IMG/VR virus record: IMGVR_UViG_3300037475_000064
Source of the DNA: a virus
Length of the DNA stretch: 64,000 nt
Direction: 5' to 3' (one strand)
The position numbers and the translations under genes were made by a program. The notes under the pieces are model-generated. The model was given only the letters and a program-made list of their open reading frames with translations, was not told the DNA's origin and ran no database searches. Shown here piece after piece: positions 15,940 to 25,195 of this stretch (the stretch's first letter is position 1; every line of letters begins with the position of its first letter).

Positions 15940-18519
15940 TCATTTTCTTAGTCTTGGGCCGACCCAGCCTTCCGCCGTGATGGGCATGCCGGGAGCCCAG
16001 TCGGGCACCACGGACATGATTGCCTCAAAATCCTTGACAGCGCAAGTGCCTATAGGAGCCTCGGCAATAACTTCGTCGTGGATGGAAAGCAGCAAATCGA
16101 ACGGGTCTAGCTCGTCAACGCGAAGCATGGCTTCGGCGAGCAGATCGCGAGAGCTTGCTTGGTCATAATTTTCGACGAGAGAGCCGCCGTGAGTGCCGCA
16201 GCGTTTCCACTGTTTAGTGTATGTATCGCGGCCCATGAATGAAAGATGTGGAGAGACAAAACTCTCTGGCGGATCAGGCAACAGCCGCTTGTTCTGCTTC
16301 GCCGCCATCTTCTCGGCATGCCAACGAACTCGGTGCTGCGGCACGCTCTTCTTCGCGGGGAAGTTGACGGTAGTCGGTCGGCCCCGGGCGTTGAGCGCGG
16401 CGAAGCGATAGGTGACGCGCATGTTCACGCGCGGATAGAGATACGCCAGTAGGCGGCCCGAGGGCAGGCGACAGTGCAGGAAATTGCCGTCCGCGCTCAT
16501 GAAGTAGGAGACCGCGCCGTTGCCGAACTCGTCACCACCGCACCAATGCTCGCCACCTTCGATCACGGCAGCGATGGCCGCCTTCTCGGTAGAGCGCCAG
16601 AGCATCGGCACCTCGGGGTATTTCTCTTTGCGGTAGATACGGACCACCATCTGACAGAACTCGTCGTCGAGCCAAATACCCTCATCCATGTAGACCGTCG
16701 CTTGGAATTTCTCCCAGCCCATCGCGTAGCCGAGACCGAGGATGGCTTTCTTGCCGAGGTTACGCTCAGACTTGTCGGCCTTCGTGATCAGACGGCCATA
16801 GATGCCGCTCGCCATGTCGCAGTAGATGTCCTGCCCGGGCACGAACATCGCAAGCATCGCGGCGCAGCCGGAGAGCCACGCCAGCTTGCGTGCTTCGATG
16901 GCATTGAAGTCGGCGGCGTAGAGTTCTTTGTCCTCACTGGCGATCAGCGCACCGCGACAGGCTTTGGCCAATGCAACCATTGGCTCGCCCCACATGATGG
17001 TGACGAGTTCGCGGTCGAGCGACAGGATGTCGCGCCACGCGTCGCCCATTTCGTCGAGGCCGTCAGACGTAAGCTTCTTGTAGCCGCCGCCGTAGCCCCG
17101 GACGAAGTTGTGCGGCTGCACGCCCTTGCCTGACCAGCGTCCGGTACGGTCGGCCCCGTTATAGAGCATGATGTCGTGCAGGCGGCCATCCGGACACACG
17201 CTCTGCACCATGCGCTTGTACTTGGCGACCGATGAGCGGTTGACCTCCATGCAAATGCGGAGCGCCCGCTCGACCCGCGCGCCCTCTTCGCCCATGCTTT
17301 CCCACTTTGTCCGGGACGCGGGCAGCGCAGCCTCTTTAGCCTCGTCGCCTGCTTTGGTCGGGACGCCGTCGAGCGCGAAGCTGAGCGTATCGGCCTTGGT
17401 ATCGGCGAGGGGGTCCTGATCAAGCTCTACCAGCCGCCCATTGGCCCAACGCAGTAGGGCTGCACGTTGGCTCCCCTTCTCGACCGCACCGCCAGTGATC
17501 TCCGTAAGCTCGCCATTGAGCCGTTCGGCCTCCAGCGCGGCCAGCTTGAGGGCTTCCTCCGCAGCGGTCTTGTCTAGCCGGATGCCCCGCAAGTTCATGC
17601 GGAAATCCATCAGCCAATACTTCCGCTCTTGCTCGGGCATCTCCGGGCAAAAGTTCGACAGGCCGCGCTCGGCCCGCACGTCGCCCTTGCAGTATTCCCA
17701 GTTGCTACGGTGCTCGGCCTCTTCCTCGCAGAACTTAACTCCGTCTTCGGCGTCGCCGACGTGGCGCTCATAAGTCGCGAGCTTGGGCTTCAACTTGATC
17801 GCTGGTGGCTCCGTTAGCCATTCGTACTGGCCCTCTTCGGGATGGCCGAGGATGCCTTTGCGCTTCGCCAGTTCCTCATTGAGGAATTTACGGATCGAGC
17901 CCATCGCCGCAGGCTCTCCCGAATAGTAGTCCGGGAAGTAATTGTTGACGATCATCCGCTGTATTTCCTCGGCGTCTTCCGTGGTGAACGGCTCAGGGAA
18001 GAGCTTGAACAGTTCGGCCTTGAACAGATCGCGAGGCGTCGCCCCCGGCGTCAGCGCCTTGGGCGGTCGATTACGCATTGGCTTCGACAGCTTGTTGATG
18101 AGCCGCTTGCCGTCCGCGATCTTGTGATCGGGCAGGCCTAGTGCGCGGATGGCATCTTCAAGGCCACGGGGCAGCGACAGGCACGAAGCTTTGGCCGCCG
18201 AGCAGAACATCTGCTCAGGCTTTAGCTCGACATCGAACTCGGGAAATTCCCGGCGGAGCGTCTCGTTCCAGATGTTGAACTCAAAGCCTGCGTTGTGCGC
18301 CTCGACCGGCTCGCCGCTGCGGATGCGCTCGATAAGCTCATCCGGGCGCGGGCTCTTCCTGATCCACGGATGGTCGCGGTGCCAGAGATGTATCTCGTCT
18401 TCCTGATCGTAGGCCCACGCAAGACAGAGCGCCTGCGAGCTTGCATCCATGGCATAGCGCCGCTGTCCCCACTTGATGAGGTCGGCGGCGGACCGAGTTT
18501 CGAAGTCGAGTGTGATCAT
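15940..18519 (-). CDS. family A DNA polymerase with 3'-5' exonuclease domain
   Basis: Exo I LDFETRS; motif A DFNAIEARKLAW; motif B RNLGKKAILGLGYAMG; motif C SIHDEV; ATG at 18519 overlaps upstream stop (ATGA). Confidence 0.9.
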   Translation of the reverse strand: MITLDFETRSAADLIKWGQRRYAMDASSQALCLAWAYDQEDEIHLWHRDHPWIRKSPRPDELIERIRSGEPVEAHNAGFEFNIWNETLRREFPEFDVELKPEQMFCSAAKASCLSLPRGLEDAIRALGLPDHKIADGKRLINKLSKPMRNRPPKALTPGATPRDLFKAELFKLFPEPFTTEDAEEIQRMIVNNYFPDYYSGEPAAMGSIRKFLNEELAKRKGILGHPEEGQYEWLTEPPAIKLKPKLATYERHVGDAEDGVKFCEEEAEHRSNWEYCKGDVRAERGLSNFCPEMPEQERKYWLMDFRMNLRGIRLDKTAAEEALKLAALEAERLNGELTEITGGAVEKGSQRAALLRWANGRLVELDQDPLADTKADTLSFALDGVPTKAGDEAKEAALPASRTKWESMGEEGARVERALRICMEVNRSSVAKYKRMVQSVCPDGRLHDIMLYNGADRTGRWSGKGVQPHNFVRGYGGGYKKLTSDGLDEMGDAWRDILSLDRELVTIMWGEPMVALAKACRGALIASEDKELYAADFNAIEARKLAWLSGCAAMLAMFVPGQDIYCDMASGIYGRLITKADKSERNLGKKAILGLGYAMGWEKFQATVYMDEGIWLDDEFCQMVVRIYRKEKYPEVPMLWRSTEKAAIAAVIEGGEHWCGGDEFGNGAVSYFMSADGNFLHCRLPSGRLLAYLYPRVNMRVTYRFAALNARGRPTTVNFPAKKSVPQHRVRWHAEKMAAKQNKRLLPDPPESFVSPHLSFMGRDTYTKQWKRCGTHGGSLVENYDQASSRDLLAEAMLRVDELDPFDLLLSIHDEVIAEAPIGTCAVKDFEAIMSVVPDWAPGMPITAEGWVGPRLRK

Positions 18520-18764
18520 GCGAGATTGCGGGCGTCCCGAATTTCGACCGGCCCGGGAGTGCTGGACATCACGCGGAGCGTTGGCGTGAGCAGCGAGCGC
18601 AGTGCCTTCGAGAGGCATTCGCGCGCATCGCCGACATTCTTCACCGCGATGTGGCGCTCATGCTCGGAGCAGGCCGGGTTCGTCGCGACGACTTGCGCAA
18701 GCGTCAGGGCCTCAATGGCCTCCGTGACGAGTTCGATCTTAGTCTCTTGCTGAGGATTTGACAT
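18516..18764 (-). CDS. hypothetical protein
   Basis: 82-aa ORF coupled to the polymerase gene. Confidence 0.5.
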   Translation of the reverse strand: MSNPQQETKIELVTEAIEALTLAQVVATNPACSEHERHIAVKNVGDARECLSKALRSLLTPTLRVMSSTPGPVEIRDARNLA

Positions 18765-18831
18765 CAGGCCGGGGCTCCATGTTGACTATTTTGGCAGTGA
18801 GCACGCGGCCCTTGATGCTGTCAATATGGTT

Positions 18832-18863
18832 GGGGCCGATATCGTTTTACCGATACCGGCCCC
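18832..18863 (-). terminator. strong hairpin downstream of SSB gene (terminator-like, no U-tract)
   Basis: GGGGCCGATATCG / CGATACCGGCCCC, 13-bp stem with one mismatch. Confidence 0.4.
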
Positions 18864-18902
18864 GACGCTGGCGGCTGAGTGGCTTATTTCCCTGTGCCAG
18901 CG

Positions 18903-19532
18903 TTAGCCCAGATCGTCCTCGTCGCCGCTAGCGAGATCGTCATCCTCGGAGAAGCCCTCCGCAGGATCGTCACCGAAATCGTCCTCAGCAGACGTGAAGC
19001 CTTCGAAGCTCTCATCGTCGCCGACCTTCTGGAGGTTGCCGAGACCGATGGCCAGACCCTTGCCGATGTTGTTGAAGGGGTAAGGGTTGACCGACGCGCG
19101 AGCCCAGCAACCGGCGTAGAACTCTTCCGAGTTCTCGCTTGTGATTGCGTTGCCGCTCACGTCGAGGATTTGCGGGCGGCGCTTCGAGTTGGCCATGGAG
19201 AAGAACACCATGTCCGGGTCGCCGTAGCCCTGATAGTCCTTCTCACTGCCCTTGTGAAACGGAATTTTGAAGGACCGATCTTCCTTCATTTCCTTGATGG
19301 ACTTTTTGAAGAACTCTTTGCAGACCTCCGCGAGCTTGGTGCGGATGGCTTCCCACTTCGCCTTGTCGGCGTCAGTGAATTGCTTCGGATAGAAGAGACC
19401 GGTCAACGAGTACCGAGGGGTCCCGTTGTTGTAGCTGGCCTTCTCGAAGACTTGGGGGAAGCTGACACGGAATTTCGGGGTCAGCAGGCGGGAGCCCTTT
19501 TTGCCGGGCGCGGCTGTAGCGGTGCTTGCCAT
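18903..19532 (-). CDS. T7 gp2.5-like ssDNA-binding protein (DUF2815-like)
   Basis: 209 aa; N-terminal RLLTPKFRVSFPQVF pattern, highly acidic tail ...SEDDDLASGDEDDLG; sits next to polymerase. Confidence 0.65.
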   Translation of the reverse strand: MASTATAAPGKKGSRLLTPKFRVSFPQVFEKASYNNGTPRYSLTGLFYPKQFTDADKAKWEAIRTKLAEVCKEFFKKSIKEMKEDRSFKIPFHKGSEKDYQGYGDPDMVFFSMANSKRRPQILDVSGNAITSENSEEFYAGCWARASVNPYPFNNIGKGLAIGLGNLQKVGDDESFEGFTSAEDDFGDDPAEGFSEDDDLASGDEDDLG

Positions 19533-19587
19533 GGTGTCCTGTCCTTTCGATTTGATGTGATGTGATAATTGGACTTGGCAGTTGCGG

Positions 19588-19616
19588 GTATTAACGAAAA
19601 ATTAACGATGTGTCAA
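19588..19616 (-). promoter_or_regulatory. sigma70-like promoter (TTGACA-17-TAATAC) for the SSB gene
   Basis: Near-consensus hexamers on the minus strand, about 55 nt upstream of the 19532 start. Confidence 0.6.
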
Positions 19617-20272
19617 GCGATAAATCCATGCCACGCAAAGAAAACCGCAGCGCCGAGAAGCGCGCCCGGGACGACATCCACGACATAATGCTGCTTCGTC
19701 TTGAGCGCGGAGATCGCGATCAGCAGCGGGAACGCCGCACAGATCACGCCCATGGTCGGCCAGTTCTTGCCGATGGTCAGATCAACCATCATGGCCACGC
19801 TGACGTGCATGCTCGGCAGCGAGTTGCGGAGCTTGTCGTAGCTCCATACGAGGTTGAGCATCCGCATTGAACGTGGCCAAAGCCGCTCCGCGATCTTCCG
19901 ATTAACGGACCCATAGTTTGAGCCGCGCACAAACCCGACCGGCATAAGTTCGCGCCACGTCGCCGGAATGGCGACCGGCCAAAGTACGAAGAACGTCACC
20001 TGTACCGCGAGCAGCGTGAGGAAGCAGCCGACGCAATAGGCGTATTCGCGCCACGTCGGCACGGACAGCGCCGCAAGCAGGATCATCGGGTAGTAGAGCC
20101 CGGAGTAAATCCACACCCATCTAGGATCGAAGTTGACCTTGCGGTCCCACGCGGTTTCGAAGTAGCGCGCGTCGAAGAACGTTTGCCGCTGAGCCCAGAA
20201 ATAAAACTGGTAGCCGCCGACGATGAGAACGACCGTGATGAATAGCTCAAGGATGCGATCAAACAGTTCCAT
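19613..20272 (-). CDS. PAP2-superfamily membrane enzyme (PAP2_3 / IPC-synthase-like)
   Basis: 219 aa, about 6 TM helices; LPSMH (C2-like) and KQHYVVDVVPG (C3-like) motifs. Confidence 0.6.
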   Translation of the reverse strand: MELFDRILELFITVVLIVGGYQFYFWAQRQTFFDARYFETAWDRKVNFDPRWVWIYSGLYYPMILLAALSVPTWREYAYCVGCFLTLLAVQVTFFVLWPVAIPATWRELMPVGFVRGSNYGSVNRKIAERLWPRSMRMLNLVWSYDKLRNSLPSMHVSVAMMVDLTIGKNWPTMGVICAAFPLLIAISALKTKQHYVVDVVPGALLGAAVFFAWHGFIA

Positions 20273-20528
20273 CGTTGATCCTCGGGTCGAAGTTGATCAT
20301 GTACTTGACGGCCATCGCCCCGATTTGGCAGGCTTCCTCGCCAGCCTCGGTAGTGCGCCCCGTGTTGGCGCGGACGTGCTCCCATAGCTCTTCGTATTCC
20401 TCACGGATGATTGAGTTGCCCTCATGGGGAGACGCCATGACAAGCCCGTGCTTCGCCTCGGCCCGCGCAAGCTCCGCGCGGATCAGGGATATCGCGTACT
20501 CAATCTTCTCTTGGTTCGATACTGGCAT
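20259..20528 (-). CDS. small all-alpha MazG-like NTP pyrophosphohydrolase candidate
   Basis: AEAKHG...SPHEGNSIIREEYEELWEHV resembles phage MazG-like signature; ATG at 20528. Confidence 0.4.
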   Translation of the reverse strand: MPVSNQEKIEYAISLIRAELARAEAKHGLVMASPHEGNSIIREEYEELWEHVRANTGRTTEAGEEACQIGAMAVKYMINFDPRINDGTV

Positions 20529-20682
20529 TGATCTCGATCTCCCCTCGCGCAATGGCTTCGTTGCGAAGCCGCATGTAAACGTCGTGGATGCTTGGCCCTG
20601 TCGGGTTGCGGGTCCACTGCTTGCCCGCCTCCAGCATCAGCGCCATCTCTTTGCGGCGGCGCTCGCATCCTTCGCACGCCAT
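20500..20682 (-). CDS. small Cys-containing protein (60 aa)
   Basis: ATG at 20682 (MACEGCERRRKEM...) overlaps upstream stop. Confidence 0.4.
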   Translation of the reverse strand: MACEGCERRRKEMALMLEAGKQWTRNPTGPSIHDVYMRLRNEAIARGEIEINASIEPRED

Positions 20683-21284
20683 CAGTTCGCGCTCGGATGC
20701 CTGACCAGACAATAGACAGCGCTGATTTCTCCCGCATGCACGGCCATGAAAATCCATGACACGTCAGTCGGGTTGTCGAGGTCGTCCTCGTAGTTGTTGA
20801 CGTAGAGGTCGGGGACGATGACCTCGGTCCCGGTCGCGATGTATTCGCGCGTCGTGCCGTCTGGATAGAGCTTCGCGGAGCCGTCGCCGATCACGGCGGT
20901 CCACGTTCCGGTCGGCGTCCCGTTCGCGTCCTTGTTCTGCCAATACCTTTCAACCGGATAGCCGTCACCCTTGCCGCAGCACGAGCTATCAGGCATGTCT
21001 GGCCGCATCAAGCGCTCAAACCATTGCACCGTTTTGCTGTTGGGGTCGAAGCCGTGGTCCATCGCGGGCGCGGGCGTCGTGAAGAGCCAAAACAGACACG
21101 CGAGCACGACGGCGACGAACACTATCACCTTCGCGCTGTTCGGCAGAACATCGGGCTCGGGCTCATACGTGGCGCGGAGCATATCGAACCGCGCCTGATC
21201 TCGACCGTCCGGCTCCGGGTAGGCCGGGCCGTGCTCATCGTGACCGATCTTCGGATAGCCTACGATGTAGTTCGGGCTACCCAT
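20682..21284 (-). CDS. single-pass membrane protein with periplasmic domain
   Basis: TM VIVFVAVVLACLFWLF; extracytoplasmic domain with CCGKGDGYP. Confidence 0.55.
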   Translation of the reverse strand: MGSPNYIVGYPKIGHDEHGPAYPEPDGRDQARFDMLRATYEPEPDVLPNSAKVIVFVAVVLACLFWLFTTPAPAMDHGFDPNSKTVQWFERLMRPDMPDSSCCGKGDGYPVERYWQNKDANGTPTGTWTAVIGDGSAKLYPDGTTREYIATGTEVIVPDLYVNNYEDDLDNPTDVSWIFMAVHAGEISAVYCLVRHPSAN

Positions 21285-21615
21285 GATGATCGTCCCCGTG
21301 GGCGTGCTCGTTGATGGTTACCGATTTCTGCGGCGCGACGTAGGGCAGTAACGCCTTCTCGACCGGCTCGACGACGTAGACGCGCATGGGCGGTTGAGTG
21401 GTGACGCAGAGCCCGATCTCGATAACGCCGCCCGCGTTGAGCGCCGCAAGCTCGCCCGGGCTCGGTTTCCACGTGCTGATCAGTTCGACGATTTGACGGT
21501 CGCCGAACGCTTCGGCGCGCACTTGCAGATCGCCGCACGGACCATCCGCTTCGGCGTCCCAATTCTTCGGCGCTTGAAAATTGTGTGTAGCTCCGCGTGT
21601 CACTGTCGGTTGCAC
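21277..21615 (-). CDS. hypothetical protein
   Basis: 112 aa, GTG start. Confidence 0.5.
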   Translation of the reverse strand: MQPTVTRGATHNFQAPKNWDAEADGPCGDLQVRAEAFGDRQIVELISTWKPSPGELAALNAGGVIEIGLCVTTQPPMRVYVVEPVEKALLPYVAPQKSVTINEHAHGDDHHG

Positions 21616-21616
21616 C

Positions 21617-21694
21617 CTACCCTCCTATGATGTTGATGAGCGTCCCCGTGACGAAGCACAGAGACCCGGCCAGAAAGAAATAGTTCGCGATCAT
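21617..21694 (-). CDS. 25-aa hydrophobic peptide
   Basis: Hand translation MIANYFFLAGSLCFVTGTLINIIGG; ATGA-coupled. Confidence 0.3.
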   Translation of the reverse strand: MIANYFFLAGSLCFVTGTLINIIGG

Positions 21695-21843
21695 GAGTTC
21701 TCCACTACAGCGGTGATGACTTGGTCAGCGAGGCCCGCCAGCACGATGAGCGTGAGGACTTGCCACGTAAGCTCGACCTCCAGAAAATGCGCGAGCGCGA
21801 CGCAAAAGGCAGACCAGACGATGACCCCGATCAGTCGTTTCAT
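21691..21843 (-). CDS. 50-aa two-TM membrane peptide
   Basis: Hand translation MKRLIGVIVWSAFCVALAHFLEVELTWQVLTLIVLAGLADQVITAVVENS; ATGA-coupled at both ends; GC3-rich. Confidence 0.45.
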   Translation of the reverse strand: MKRLIGVIVWSAFCVALAHFLEVELTWQVLTLIVLAGLADQVITAVVENS

Positions 21844-22055
21844 CGCGTCACCTTCACGTCCGAAAGATAGACGCTGAGATACGGCACTTCATTGGCCATG
21901 AAGAGCATCAGCTTGTCCGCGAGAACTTTGCGCATCTCGTCGGCTTCGCTGCGCATCAGCACGCCCGGCTCGACCGCAATCGTCGCGCTCAGGTCCACGC
22001 GCATGCGGTTCTTGCTGACGGCCCTGACGTTCACTCGGCGGATAAATTGGGGCAT
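21840..22055 (-). CDS. hypothetical protein
   Basis: 71-aa ORF coupled to the nuclease gene. Confidence 0.5.
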   Translation of the reverse strand: MPQFIRRVNVRAVSKNRMRVDLSATIAVEPGVLMRSEADEMRKVLADKLMLFMANEVPYLSVYLSDVKVTR

Positions 22056-23341
22056 TACATGAAGTCCTCTTCGTCGTCATCCGCGAACTCGTTGGCCGCG
22101 TCGTCGAGGGCGCTCGCGGCCTCGCGCGGATCATGCTCCGGCGCAATCGTCAGCGCGCCGTTCGGCATGAACGCCAGTTCCTTGACAGCGGCCTTGACGA
22201 GTTTGCGTTGCTCTTTGCCGACGCCGAGCTTCTCCAGTTGCGCTGGCGTCTTGAGCTTCGGCGCGACGAGAAGGTCATCCTCGGGCAGGCCGAGGTCGTC
22301 GATAAATTTTTCCTTGACTGCGACTTCGCTGATCCAACGGCGTTTCGATTTGCCCCGGACAAGCTTCCAGCCGGGCACCTCGTTGCCGTTCTCAAGCTCA
22401 CGCTGGATGTCAGCCTTGATGTTGCCGACCCATGCTTCGATCACGGGGACCCATTCCATCTTGTGGGCAAGTTCTGCTGTGCTCTTCGGCGTCGGCAGCA
22501 TGGCGGGCGGCTCGTCGTCGGCGAAATCCACCTGAGCCTCTTCGAGCAGCATAGCGTCGTATTCTTCGCAACGCGTCTTGGCCGGACACCACAGGCACCA
22601 ATCTCCAGCGCGCAACCGAGCATTTGGTTTTGAAGTTTCATCGGCTGCACGCTTCATCTCGATTTCATACAGCTTCAATTCGTCCGCAGTAAAGGTCTCC
22701 GACCGGATCAGGCCCTCGGCATGCGGCGCGTTCGGCTGCGAGATCGTAACCGTGACGCCCTCGGCGTCGGGATGCTCGTGCAGCAGAAAAACGCCGTATT
22801 GTTTTAGTTGATCATTGTCTTTCGCTTCGACGAGGATGTAGCCGTTCTTGTGGTCAACGAGATTGATCCAACCGAACGGCTCGACCAGCGTCACGTCCGC
22901 CGTGCCGCCGAGGCGGCTGTCAAGCCACTTGCCGTCAAGATATCGCTCCGAGAAAATCTCAGTGCCCTCGGCCATTTCCAGCTTGAGCCGGTCTACTTCA
23001 TCAATGGTTTGCTGCACGCCTTCGACCATCTTCTCGTCGGCGATGAACATGAACCATCCCGGGCGGGCGTGATCGGGGTCGAGCGCGGGCTCGCCGGGCG
23101 GGTAGTATTCGGTCTCGTGGTCCTCTCCATCGTCGCCGCCATACACGAGGAAGGTCGAGCCGTGGTACTCGCGCGCCTCGTGGTGATCATTCTGGATCAT
23201 GATCTCGATAAGCTTGTGCGCGGCAGTGCCGAGCATCGCGGCCTGATTTGTCGTCGAGCTTTCGTCGCCCACGAGAGCGACGGAGCCGGGACAGTTCATC
23301 CATCGATGCGAGGATGAGGGGGACAGCTTGGCGTGAGCCAT
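22055..23341 (-). CDS. PD-(D/E)xK exonuclease, DUF2800/Cas4-like
   Basis: N-terminal LSPSSSHRWMNCPGS, core DHKNGYILVEAKDNDQLKQY, C-terminal Cys cluster CLWCPAKTRC. Confidence 0.7.
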   Translation of the reverse strand: MAHAKLSPSSSHRWMNCPGSVALVGDESSTTNQAAMLGTAAHKLIEIMIQNDHHEAREYHGSTFLVYGGDDGEDHETEYYPPGEPALDPDHARPGWFMFIADEKMVEGVQQTIDEVDRLKLEMAEGTEIFSERYLDGKWLDSRLGGTADVTLVEPFGWINLVDHKNGYILVEAKDNDQLKQYGVFLLHEHPDAEGVTVTISQPNAPHAEGLIRSETFTADELKLYEIEMKRAADETSKPNARLRAGDWCLWCPAKTRCEEYDAMLLEEAQVDFADDEPPAMLPTPKSTAELAHKMEWVPVIEAWVGNIKADIQRELENGNEVPGWKLVRGKSKRRWISEVAVKEKFIDDLGLPEDDLLVAPKLKTPAQLEKLGVGKEQRKLVKAAVKELAFMPNGALTIAPEHDPREAASALDDAANEFADDDEEDFM

Positions 23342-23353
23342 TACATTTCCTTG

Positions 23354-23590
23354 TCAGATACCGAGACGGCGTATGTCTTCGTTGAGCGCCGCGTCGGCGC
23401 GCAGGATAGCATTCAGGATAATCTCAAGATCGTCGTTGTTCTTGACGAACTCCGCCATCTCTTTAAGCTCATGGCCTGAGCGAAGCAGCCGCCTCAGTGC
23501 AGTGAGCTTCTGCTCTCTCGACTTCGCGATCTCATACGAGAAAATGTGGGCGTCGAACTCAAGGAGCTTTACTTGCACGTGGGGCTGCAT
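23354..23590 (-). CDS. hypothetical protein (78 aa)
   Basis: Internal ATG (MQPHVQVKLLEF...); upstream part of the track ORF is Arg-rich junk. Confidence 0.45.
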   Translation of the reverse strand: MQPHVQVKLLEFDAHIFSYEIAKSREQKLTALRRLLRSGHELKEMAEFVKNNDDLEIILNAILRADAALNEDIRRLGI

Positions 23591-23600
23591 CTCAAGCCCC

Positions 23601-23954
23601 CTACGGCGTGTACGGGAAGATGATCGGCGTCCGCCCCTTGCGAACATCCCATGCCATCTCATCGTCCTTGAAAACGCGCGAGCAACGCGTGTTGACCTGT
23701 ATCTGGCCGCCCATGCCTTCGGGGACTTCCCACTCATCGTCCTCGCCGGTCAGTGGCGACAGCGGCATACCTCGGGCGAGCTTCTCGAAGATGTCGAGCG
23801 TCTGCTCGGAGCTTGCGCCGGAATGACCGTAGGCCGCGAAGACCTCCATGAGGGAAGAGACTTGCACGGCAACATCGCCATTGAAGTCGGCGTCGGCGTC
23901 GAAAAGACCGGCGGCACGAAGCTCACGTTTTGCATGCTGGAGCAGGGTAGTCAT
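23601..23954 (-). CDS. hypothetical protein (117 aa)
   Basis: ATG at 23954 (MTTLLQHAKRELRAAG...) with ATGA overlap. Confidence 0.5.
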   Translation of the reverse strand: MTTLLQHAKRELRAAGLFDADADFNGDVAVQVSSLMEVFAAYGHSGASSEQTLDIFEKLARGMPLSPLTGEDDEWEVPEGMGGQIQVNTRCSRVFKDDEMAWDVRKGRTPIIFPYTP

Positions 23955-24226
23955 CTTGGGTCTTCCTTTGGGGGTTGCAATCGGTTGATGATATCGAACT
24001 TCGCCACTTCGAGACGGCCAATCCACGTCAGGAAGCTTTCGATCAGGTTCGTGCGCGCCGACCACTCTTTCGGGTTAGCGTGTTGGATCAGGATCATGAT
24101 CTCCGTGATGTCACCGCTGCGCGCCTCTTCGAGAGCGCGCTCCAGTTCGGCGATGATCTCGCTACGCTGCACGTCGCCGACACGCGGCGGCGGCACGACA
24201 TGAAGCCTTTGAATTGTATCGCTCAC
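23951..24226 (-). CDS. hypothetical protein
   Basis: 91-aa ORF. Confidence 0.5.
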   Translation of the reverse strand: MSDTIQRLHVVPPPRVGDVQRSEIIAELERALEEARSGDITEIMILIQHANPKEWSARTNLIESFLTWIGRLEVAKFDIINRLQPPKEDPR

Positions 24227-24471
24227 TTCTCAGTCTCCGCGTAGACGATATCGACGACGCCCGTGTCATGTGTCTTGATGGACATCGTCTGATTTTCGCC
24301 GGGACCGGCGATAAGCAAACGAATGGTTTCGGAGCCATCATCGGCGGCGACAATCGCCTCGACGTTGCCGTCCGCGAGATTGAACAGCACCACGCTATAG
24401 AACTCCGCCGCGCAGATGGTCACGTGGTTCTTGCTGATGTGGCGGACGGTCACTGCGCTGCTATTGGCCAT
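24223..24471 (-). CDS. hypothetical protein
   Basis: 82-aa ORF, ATGA-coupled. Confidence 0.5.
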   Translation of the reverse strand: MANSSAVTVRHISKNHVTICAAEFYSVVLFNLADGNVEAIVAADDGSETIRLLIAGPGENQTMSIKTHDTGVVDIVYAETEK

Positions 24472-24778
24472 AGGGGTTCTCCGCCTTTATCATTGCCATG
24501 CGCTTCTCGTGTTGTGCAAGCTTTATTTTCTCGCGGAGGCGGGACTGCTTGTTGATGGCGTCCTGTATCGCCGGACCGAGGCTCTCCCATGCGTCGTCGC
24601 CTGAATGCGTGCTGATCGCGCGCCACGACCAGTCGGTCGGGTCTAGCTGCTCCACGCGGAATTTCAGATGGGTCTCTTCGACGACCACGCGGAGCGCCCG
24701 CGTTGGCACCGTGACAGCCACGATGCTCCAGCCCTTGGGCACCGCATTGATCACGCGGTCAACAGTGGCTAGGTCCAC
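24461..24778 (-). CDS. hypothetical protein
   Basis: 105-aa ORF. Confidence 0.5.
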   Translation of the reverse strand: MDLATVDRVINAVPKGWSIVAVTVPTRALRVVVEETHLKFRVEQLDPTDWSWRAISTHSGDDAWESLGPAIQDAINKQSRLREKIKLAQHEKRMAMIKAENPYGQ

Positions 24779-24781
24779 GGG

Positions 24782-25195
24782 TCAGCCCTCGATCTCGGCG
24801 AAGTCGTGACGGTCATAGCCGTGACAGTCACAGACCTCGTCGGCCATCTTCATGAACGCTTTGTTGTGCATCGCTGTCGGCGACACTGTTTTCAGCACGA
24901 CCTCAGCGACGTGGATAGCTTCGTGCGACATGATTTGCATTAGACGGAACATCGAACTCACGCATCGGCTGCTCACACGTATTCTGTGCTTCTTCGTGTA
25001 GCGGTAGTACGTGTGGTCACCCGATGTATCGCGCATCTTCATGACCCTGAATTGAACCTCGTGCTTGTCCGGCAGGCCCCAGTTGCAGAAGGGCTCTGTC
25101 GAGATCACGAGGCCGTAGGCATCGCGCAGCACCTCGGGAGTGAGCAGCAAACCTTTTCTCGCGGTACCCCTGACGATTGCCATCACGTTTCCCAT
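24782..25195 (-). CDS. SprT-like zinc metalloprotease
   Basis: HEAIH zinc motif in a 137-aa protein, C-terminal Cys/His (CDCH). Confidence 0.6.
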   Translation of the reverse strand: MGNVMAIVRGTARKGLLLTPEVLRDAYGLVISTEPFCNWGLPDKHEVQFRVMKMRDTSGDHTYYRYTKKHRIRVSSRCVSSMFRLMQIMSHEAIHVAEVVLKTVSPTAMHNKAFMKMADEVCDCHGYDRHDFAEIEG

